DNA of 64,000 bases from Vermamoeba vermiformis (taxonomy: Eukaryota). The first letter of the stretch is position 1, and every line of letters starts with the position of its first letter. The stretch spans positions 124,001 through 188,000 of the forward strand of contig JBEWZL010000132.1 in NCBI GenBank assembly GCA_045837725.1, in the 5' to 3' direction. The position numbers were made by a program, and so were the translations under genes. Of this stretch, positions 53,927 to 64,000 are shown in pieces. The notes beneath the pieces were generated by a model. That model was not told the DNA's origin. It saw nothing but the letters and a program-made list of their open reading frames with translations, and did no database searches.

Positions 53927-56368
53927 ATGGAGACTACGCGACTGGTCATCAAAGAATTGTTCGACGAATCATCGTTCTTCCACATCCCTGCATACCAGCG
54001 ACCATATGTGTGGACTGAGCAGCAAGTAGAGCAACTAATATTGGACATTAAAGACGCAAAAGGTATGTAAATTCTTTTTTGTTGCATACATCCGGTACAA
54101 TCTGCTACATTTAACAGAGTATCGCAGTATTTGCATCAGAATATCAATATCATGCAATACTTTAAAGTTTGCCGAGCGATTCGATCAATTCTAATTCGTT
54201 AAATCCAATTTAGATCAACACGTACAGCATTATTTCCTGGGCAGTATTGTCCTCATTACGAACCAAGCTGGTCACTTTGACATTGTTGACGGACAGCAGC
54301 GCATCACTTCTTTGACGATCCTCTTTGCTGTGTTGCGTGAATTGTTTCAAGAACGAGGCGACCATCGACTTGCAGATGAAATACATGCGTACATACACGT
54401 GGAGCGAAAGCGATTGAGTCGCATCAACGGCGGTCCAAGATTGAGTGGTGTGCACTGTGTGGGTGTGTTTCATGAATTCATTCAAAAACGAGGCAACTTG
54501 CACCAATTCTTCGATGAATATTATCCGACATTGTTCACTGAAGAGCGCTACCAGCAGAATGCACGACGCATGTACGCTGTCTTGAACGCTTTTTCCCTGA
54601 CAGAGTTGATTGGATTTACCGAGTACGTGCTCTCAGAGTGCATGCTCATTCGCATTTCAACGCCGAATAATGGCTCAGCGTTTCAGATATTCAACTCGCT
54701 GAACGGCCGTGGAACTCCGCTGTCTTCCATTGACATGCTCAAAGCAGAGATTTTGTCGGCTGGTAACATTGGAAACCAAGCTGAACGAGAGCGAGTAGAG
54801 ACGTTGTGGCAAATGTACGAAGACTCACTTGGCATTGACAAGTTCAAAGAGCTGTTCCATCACATGTACGTCATTGAAAGCAACAAGTTCGTCAAGGCAG
54901 AGACCTTCGTCACTGACTTCATGCGGACGTTCACACCGACTAGCAATCCCCCGCAATTCTTCGACAACCATTTCTTCCCCTGCGCGCGTGCAATGAAAGC
55001 CATTGTCGAGAGCGACATTGATACGATGTGCAAAGACCAGGTCATCAAAGAAGAGATCAACAAGATGTTGTGGCTGTTGAATCACAACGAATACGAGCAA
55101 TGGATACCCGCTACTATTTACTACTTGTTGCAAGACAGCACGAGCGCTGACAAACTCAACTTCTTGAAGAAGATGGAACGTTTATGGGCCTATCATCTTC
55201 TCAAAAGAACGCGCATTGATGAGCGCAAGACTAGCTGTCTTCAACTTCTGACTGCACTACAACACAACGACCAAGTAGCCGTCGAGCATCTGTTAAATTT
55301 GACGCACATCATTGGCTGGGAAGACGACATGAGGACCATCATTGACTCGCCATTGTACTTCAGTAACTACAACGCGTGCAAGTACTTGTTGCTGCGCATT
55401 AATTGTGGGTTGGCTCACGAGGCTCAGGCATGGCGCATTAACGACACGACGTTATCGATCGAGCATATCTTGCCTAAAACTCCCACACCCTATTGGAGCA
55501 GCAGGTGGGTGACTAATTCGTACAAGGCACACTTGCACAAGATAGGCAATCTGACGCTGCTGACGCGCAAGATCAACAGTCAAGTGCAGAATTCATCGTT
55601 TGAAGAGAAGAAACAAAACTTCTTGTCGGACCATCACGAGCACAGAATATCCTCATTGCCCATCACCGTGAATATTCAGCAGTACACGCAGTGGACTGTA
55701 GAAGAGTTCAGACAGCGCCAAAACGAGTTTTGTCAGCGATTGTGCGACGCTTGGGAGATAAATACAAACGCCAAGTCTTCGAAGAAAAAGAAGCCAAGCC
55801 TAGGATCGAACAACGGACAAGCGACACAAGCTAAAGTCATCGTCACACCAAAGTCTAAAGAAAAGAAAGAACAAAATGGTATGTACAAATGACAGGGCAC
55901 GTGTCAAACAGCACTAATAGCAGGCCAGGGATGAAGCGAGGTCGTGAAGACAATGGCTTGCTTGACGAGACCGCACAAAGCGAACCTGCACCAAAGAGAC
56001 AAAAGACAAGCGACGAGACTGGTGTTGTGCAGTTTCCTTCAATTCAAGAGAGTCATGCAGTGCACGCTGTGAACAATAAGAGTGAGGAAAAGAGTCCTGG
56101 CGCCAAGGCACCCAAGAATCTGTTGAGGGAACTCCTAGAGGCTAATAAAGTAGCAATAGGAGACGTTATTCAGGTAGAAATCGAAGGATATAAACATATC
56201 AAAGCCGCCGTTGAAGCTGGTGGTTTGATTAAGGGACTGCATCCGCGCACCTGGTTGGACTCGGTAAGTAGATTTGTTAACATCAATCAATGATTTGTCT
56301 TAACACTTCAGCAGATTCTACCGGCTTACATTAAAAAGGGAACTATCCATGGTCAAAACTGCGGGTGA
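53927..56368 (+). CDS. GmrSD-like DUF262-DUF1524 nuclease + NLS + RAMA-like domain, copy 1
   Basis: Predicted exons 53927-54062, 54214-55878, 55929-56263 and 56312 onward. Motifs IPAYQRPYVW, YFLGSIV, IVDGQQRITSL, IFNSLNGRGTPLS, SIEHILP and IGNLTLL..INS..QN..FEEKK. The frame of the last exon is ambiguous (stop at 56368, or about 56454 if frameshifted). Confidence 0.88.
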
Positions 56369-56604
56369 CAGATCAGACAAATACGAACAACAGTTACCTG
56401 CTTCAATCATTGAAGCAAAAAAAACCAAAGAAGGAGAAACAGGACAAGCAATAAGAAGTTTAACTTCCGCGCCGCTATTCGTTTACGAGTAACTAAAGTT
56501 ATAAACTGGTTGACATTCAATTCAATCTCCCTCTATCTCGCAATTCATCGGGTGAATTCCATATTCAATGCATAGAAGCACAAGCACACTCGTCTTAGAG
56601 TAGA

Positions 56605-59080
56605 ATGAAAGCTGATTCAACACGAATCAACGATTTATTTACCACGCACTTCTTTAAGGTACCGCCGTACCAACGACCGTATGTTTGGACCGAGCAACAA
56701 ATAGAAAAGCTCATTACCGATATCAAATACGCTCAAGGTAGGAATTACTTTTTAATTCTCTAAATTACCGCTGGCAAATTTTTGCAAAGGAATCGCTCCG
56801 CTAACGATTCAATTTTATTCAGAAAAACAAATTCGGCAATATTTTTTGGGCAGTATAGTCCTCATAGAAGATGAAAATGAACGCAGTCTCCATAATATTG
56901 TTGACGGTCAGCAGCGAATCATCAGTTTGACAATTATCTTCTCTGTTTTGCGGGCGCTTTTCAAAGAGAAGGACCTCATCAACAAGACACACGATGCTAT
57001 ATTTAGAAATGAAGATGAACTGGCGGGTATAAAGGGAGGTTATCGATTACGAGGAGTGCGTGACGGAGACTTTTTCGAGCAATACATTCAACAAATCGGC
57101 AAGGTCAAAGAAATCAAGAAATTCACTCCGACTAGTCCGAGCACAGTGACTGAGCGCTATCAACTAAACACACGTCGAGTTTTAAAAACTTTACAACAAT
57201 ACGCGGACACTGCCGATGAATTGCAAAAATTCGCTCGCTGGCTGTTTAGCGAATGCGTGCTGATAGTGATATCCACTAAGAATACAAAGTCAGCATTTCA
57301 GATATTCAATTCTCTGAATGGTCGAGGCACACCGCTGTCACACATTGACGTTTTGAAGGCAGAAATTCTCGCTGCGGTGCCAACAAGTCAAGAGAGTGCT
57401 TCTTATGGTGCAAAATGGGACCATTATGAAGACACTTTCGGCCCTAACAAGTTCAAAAAGTTGTTCCAATACATCTACATGATCAAGAGCTACAAGAATG
57501 TCGAAGAAGATACCTTTGCAGCGGACTTCAAGGAGATCGTGAATCCTCACGCCAAGCCCCTGGACTTCTTCAACAACACCTTTCTACGCTACGCCAAGGC
57601 CTATCAGATCGTGCTGAGTAGTGATATTAGCAAATTACATAAAGAAGGAGAGGACGTTGATGGAGTAAACAAGCTGCTGTGGTTGTTGACTCGCAACAAA
57701 GACTGCGTGGACCATGTCACACCGTGTCTTGTGGCCTATTTGAATCAGGACCATACTATCAAAGACATCAAGGAGTTCTTGTGGAGGATGGAGAGAAGAT
57801 GGGCGTATCACTTGGTGAAGAAAACGGGCTACAAAGAGCAACAAGAGTTCAGCTTCGAGATCATCAAAGCCATTATTCAGAGCACCGCCGCTGACAGGTA
57901 CGAGAAGTTGTATCAGATTCTTGACCAAGAATTTACTACTGCGAGCAAAGGAAAGACTCCCATCAGTTGGAAGGAAGACTTAAGAAAACAGTTGCAGAAG
58001 CCGGTGTACAAGGCCACAGATGTTGCTGTCAGCAAATACTTACTTTTGCGGATTAACAGCGAGCTATCGCACGAGCCAGGTGCCTGGAGAGTGGACGACA
58101 GTAAGTTGACGATTGAGCACATCTTGCCACAAACCCTGTCGGAGGAATGGAAGAAGAAGTGGCCGAACACTAATTCAGCCCAAGCGCAGGTTCACAAACT
58201 CGGCAATTTGGCACTGTTGACTAGGAGCATTAATAGTACCGTACATAATGACTCGTTTGAAACAAAGAAGGCGCAGTTCTTAAAGGACAAGAAGAAAAAG
58301 AAGATATCAGCCCTTCCGATCACGGTTGAACTGCAGGAGTACAACGATTGGACGAAAACTGAGTTTGATACTCGCCATCGCAAGTTTTGCACACAATTAG
58401 AAAGCGTGTGGGACATCGGCCTTTTAACTTCGAGTACCAAAAAGACTGTCAGATCAACTGCGGCGATGAACAAAGATAGCAACCTCGTTAATAACAATAC
58501 TATGGACTTAAATGACACCGAAGTTAAGTCCCTCAAGAGGAAACGGGAAGATGACATCGTAACGGATGAGAATGCGCAGAGTGAGCCACCAACGAAGAAG
58601 CAGAAAATCCTCTCTCCGATTGCTGCTTTGGGTCGCAATTTTAGGCCAGGTTCCGCTCCTCCCGACGAAGAAGAGGAGCACATTGAGGTCACTGACAACA
58701 CTCCATCATCTCCTACAACTCCTAGGACTCGAAAAGCTTACCCGCGCCGCACTATCAAAGATTTAGTGGATGCAGGGCAATTGGCAGTTGGCGACATCGT
58801 TACTGTAAAGAATCGTCCCGATATTACTGCGACAATTGATATGAATGGTTTGATTGACGGTCATGAGCTGAAGGAGTGGCTTGGTCTCGTAAGTATTCTT
58901 TTTGGCGCCGTAACGATCTAAGTCTATTTTTAGGTGCTGGAGAAATGCCCGCTTCGACCGTGGGAACATGTTATTGTCGGGGGCAAAAGTTTAGAGGCAC
59001 GGCGAAAAGCTTTGAACCGACTGTACGACGAAAAAAAGGTTGGATCACAAATCGATCTAAATCTGGATGTCGATTCTTAA
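56605..59080 (+). CDS. GmrSD-like DUF262-DUF1524 nuclease + NLS + RAMA-like domain, copy 2
   Basis: Exons 56605-56737, 56823-58888 and 58934-59080. Motifs VPPYQRPYVW, YFLGSIV, IVDGQQRIISL, IFNSLNGRGTPLS, TIEHILP and LGNLALL..INS..HN..FETKK; tail IKDLVDAGQLAVGD..ATIDMNGLI..RPWEHVIVGGKSLEARR. Confidence 0.9.
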
Positions 59081-59470
59081 CTGGCTCGATAATAGGTTAG
59101 TCTTATGGTATTGTTAGTCACCCTTGTACGAATTAAAGAATTTTTTGCTAAGCTTTCGAAGCGGGTAATTTGTGTTCTTACAATCACTTTTGGGGCTTGT
59201 ACAAACCACGAGCAAGTAAAGAACTGTGTTAGTAATTGCATGCTTTATCTTCGCTTCAACGCAAGAAAGGAGGTACACAACATTGTCTAGGGATCGGTGC
59301 CATCCGGTACGTGACTTTTAAGGGAGTTACAAAGTTCGACCTGAGTAGATGATATAATGTAGGCAGTAAAGTTGGCGTAGTATGTAGTTAAGTAAGCGTT
59401 CCTTTAAACAAAAAATGCCGAAAAAAGAAAAATTAAATAATTTATTAATTACAAGACGTTACATGCGCGC

Positions 59471-59732
59471 CTAGTTCAAGTACTTGCGTCCCTTCTTTAC
59501 AATGATGACCCAGAGACCGTGAATGAGACCTACAAGTTGGAATTCTGCGTTAGTACGGTACGATCGAATCCCCGCAGACAAACTACTGACCCGGAATCCA
59601 GATAAGAATCCATAAAATAATGTTGATGACAAAGTGCTTAGTGCATCCGACCTTTAAGAAGACAGCGACGGGAGAAAGGAAGATGCAGATAATAATCAGC
59701 AAAATGTCCATATTATCCAATTGGCGACCCAT
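59471..59732 (-). CDS. Pmp3/YqaE (UPF0057) small membrane proteolipid
   Basis: ILLIIICIFLSPVAVFLKVGC..FVINIILWILIWIP|GLIHGLWVI, with one intron. Confidence 0.88.
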
Positions 59733-59997
59733 GATTGCAGTTGTTGAAGATTCTGCACGAGCGTTAGCATTTATAAACACTAGCAAGTAATAGTACTTAC
59801 TACTTTGTGGTTCTTCGGTTCGTTAACGTTGCATAAATCGTTAAAAATTGCGAACCGAATCCCTTGGCGGTTTTATTTTCCTCCGACAAAATCTTGCGCA
59901 AAATCGTTTTACTCGCGCTGCATTCCTGACCTTATTTGGAACATTGCGCGCGACATCCGAATTGAACGGTTGCAAAATGATTCTTTGAACGTACTGA

Positions 59998-60570
59998 TTA
60001 CAATTTATGCTGTTGCGTTAATACAACACTGTTTGGATGCGTTTCAAAATGTTTTTGAACTTCTTCAAGTAACGGATTGATAGTGTTCTTTTGAATGTTG
60101 TGTGGCGGTTTCCACGCGATCCACTCCGAGTTGTGGTGTTCAGTCAAATTCAAAGCGACTTCGCTGTTAGTTAGCACTCCCATGTACATTTCGAGCGTCT
60201 TTTCAACTTTCTTGCCGCCAAATCGTTTGTAAACGGGATAATATGTCTCTTTAAATACAAATTGCTCGTCGCGAATAATTTGGTCTTTTTGGATGCCTGT
60301 CTCTTCGCTTAATTCACGATAGGCTGTCACTAACTCTGTTTCGCCTAAATAGCACGAATAATTATAAAAATATTCTGATAATCTCATCAAAATATTCTTA
60401 CCTTTATCCATATGACCTTTCGGTAAATCGTAACGATTAGGATGTCGCATCAACAAAAACTCGAGTTGATTAGCGGGTGTCCTACGAAATACAAGAAATC
60501 CGCATGATTTAACTACAGGCATGCCATCTGCACGAGTACTGACTGCGATTTCTGGGTGATTGTGTTGCAT
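59998..60570 (-). CDS. NUDIX hydrolase, Ap4A hydrolase (NUDT2)-like
   Basis: SCGFLVFR, LPKGHMDK|GETELVTAYRELSEETGI (Nudix box) and LTEHH..EW. Confidence 0.88.
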   Translation of the reverse strand: MQHNHPEIAVSTRADGMPVVKSCGFLVFRRTPANQLEFLLMRHPNRYDLPKGHMDKGKNILMRLSEYFYNYSCYLGETELVTAYRELSEETGIQKDQIIRDEQFVFKETYYPVYKRFGGKKVEKTLEMYMGVLTNSEVALNLTEHHNSEWIAWKPPHNIQKNTINPLLEEVQKHFETHPNSVVLTQQHKL

Positions 60571-60923
60571 TCTAACTTGTTTCGCAGGCCAGATGGAGAT
60601 TGTTGGAGTGTTAGCTGATCTACCGTGTGTTGTAGTGACGTATTGAATATTAAATATCGACTTCAGTGCAGTTTTAAACATGACCACGCTGCGAAATTGC
60701 ACAGAAAGGTTGTGGCAGGAAGAGGACTGATGACACACAACCAGCGACGCTCTGCTCGGTAGAAATATTGTACAAGTTTATTTGTAGAATAAGAGTAATG
60801 TTACAGCTGCAGTTAAAAGTACTATACAAATATACAGGGGGTGGATCTCGTAGGATCCGGTCCATCGGTACGACTACGTAGCCAACTGACGAACGATCGT
60901 GAGCAGGAGTACAAATAGCGTAC

Positions 60924-61410
60924 TTAAGCAGTGAAGCACGAGTCCATTGAGAAGTGACGGACTACATCCGTCGTGCTCAAGTCTGTCTTCAACTTCGCGG
61001 AGGTTGGCTTGTTCGACAATCCAGCAGCCAAGTTCTTTCTGTACGCAGCTGCAACAGCGTAGCCTACGCCTGCCCCACCAACTAGTTTGCTGAGGTCTGG
61101 TACATAGGCCAGTTCATGTTTGTGAGGTACATCTGCCGGGTGCGTGACCGTGTGACGTTGTGAAGGGCTATCGGTGTGATAGCGCGTTTTGGAATCTTTT
61201 TGAACTCCATGTCTCCACAATGTTCGAGCAGATTGCATCGTTTTGATACTATAAGGAAGCGAAACTAGGTCAGTAACTGATCGGGACCGTAATTCATAAT
61301 TAAACAAGAAGTCCACGAAACGACGCCGCTTCATGAACACGCAAAGTAATGCACGATGATATCTGAGTGCACTAAGGGTGTGCGTGAGATGATACTTACG
61401 GAGTGTTCAT
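60924..61410 (-). CDS. Small hypothetical protein, two exons (MNTP|IKTMQSARTLWRHG...)
   Basis: ATG AAC ACT CC|GTAAGT donor, TACTGAC branch point and a TAG acceptor in frame with the 60924-61340 ORF. Confidence 0.5.
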
Positions 61411-62147
61411 TGAAGGTTTGAGTAGGGTTAAACCTTAGTGGATGTGTCTTAAATGTGTGTAGTAATGTTGACTCTAATGAGTAACTTTTGTTGTGACTAT
61501 TCCTTTGTAGTTAATGTTATCTGAAACAAAATCTCTTTGTCGCTATTTAAACAAACCGAATCTTGAACCAGCGTTGACTTTGACTTAGCGTTGAATCTGA
61601 CTAGTTTCATCGAGCTTTCCTGTAATTCTCGTTAAACAAATTCGAAAACTACAAATATAGCCCAGATTATGTTTATACCTCGAAAATTCATATGAATTGT
61701 TCAAAACAGCACCTCCGCAACACCTGAAATAGATCCAACACACTCGAATAGGAGCCAACGCTAATATTGAACATTGACAGTGCCGCAAATGCATTGGGAA
61801 GTTATTGCATGTATAGGTGTTAGTGATGAGAGTGTGTAGAACACTGAAACAAAGTCCGTTGTACCGCTCATCTGCAACTTCGTTGAACGACTTGATCTGA
61901 CGCACCGTGAGCAAGGCCGAATTGAATTTAAATGTTTGAACGCCTTAGAAGTACTTATTAAATCGTCCATAATCAATGCCTTTCAATGTGTCTTATCAAA
62001 TAAATAAAAACAAAACTAATTTTCGTATTTCTATAAAAGGTGCTGAATACCAGAAAAGGAAATACTCCATGCGAATTCTACCAAAAAAATCTGCAGTTCG
62101 CTCGTTCAGAATCTTCAAACGCATGCTTTATGATTGAATTGCGTATA

Positions 62148-64000
<1,853 letters not shown>

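Noticed and set aside
53927-59080. GmrSD-like genes as bacterial contamination or a chimeric contig
   Set aside because: Canonical spliceosomal introns at shared positions interrupt conserved domains, NLS-like linkers are present, and the flanking genes are eukaryotic with no visible junction.

Overview
This is gene-dense eukaryotic nuclear DNA with many short GT-AG introns (mostly about 45-170 nt, often with CTAAC/CTAAT branch points). A RasS-like Ras, an IQGAP-related protein and class C GPCRs point to a free-living amoebozoan; the species cannot be read from the sequence. I reconstructed about 25 genes by hand. Housekeeping and signalling genes include an SDR, NDUFS8, an IQGAP-like RasGAP, a RasGEF-RGS, a PhyH dioxygenase, Ras, cystinosin, an ANK-DH-PH-Kelch-CRIB-kinase, Pmp3, a NUDIX hydrolase and UBA5. 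There are three local duplications: the GPCRs with a flanking gene, the F-box-ankyrin genes, and the GmrSD-like genes. The main finding is a tandem pair of intron-containing genes (53927-59080) with intact DUF262 + DUF1524 motifs of GmrSD/BrxU/SspE-type bacterial restriction enzymes. Each has gained a bipartite NLS-like segment and a C-terminal RAMA-like domain, so they look like a domesticated, possibly nuclear, modification-sensing nuclease. Other conflict-type genes are a SIR2_2 NADase fused to macro-like and ubiquitin-like domains, a T4 Rnl1-type RNA ligase, and an intronless GIY-YIG-like/KOW protein. All domain calls come from motif recognition by eye. No database searches were run, and exon boundaries are predictions.
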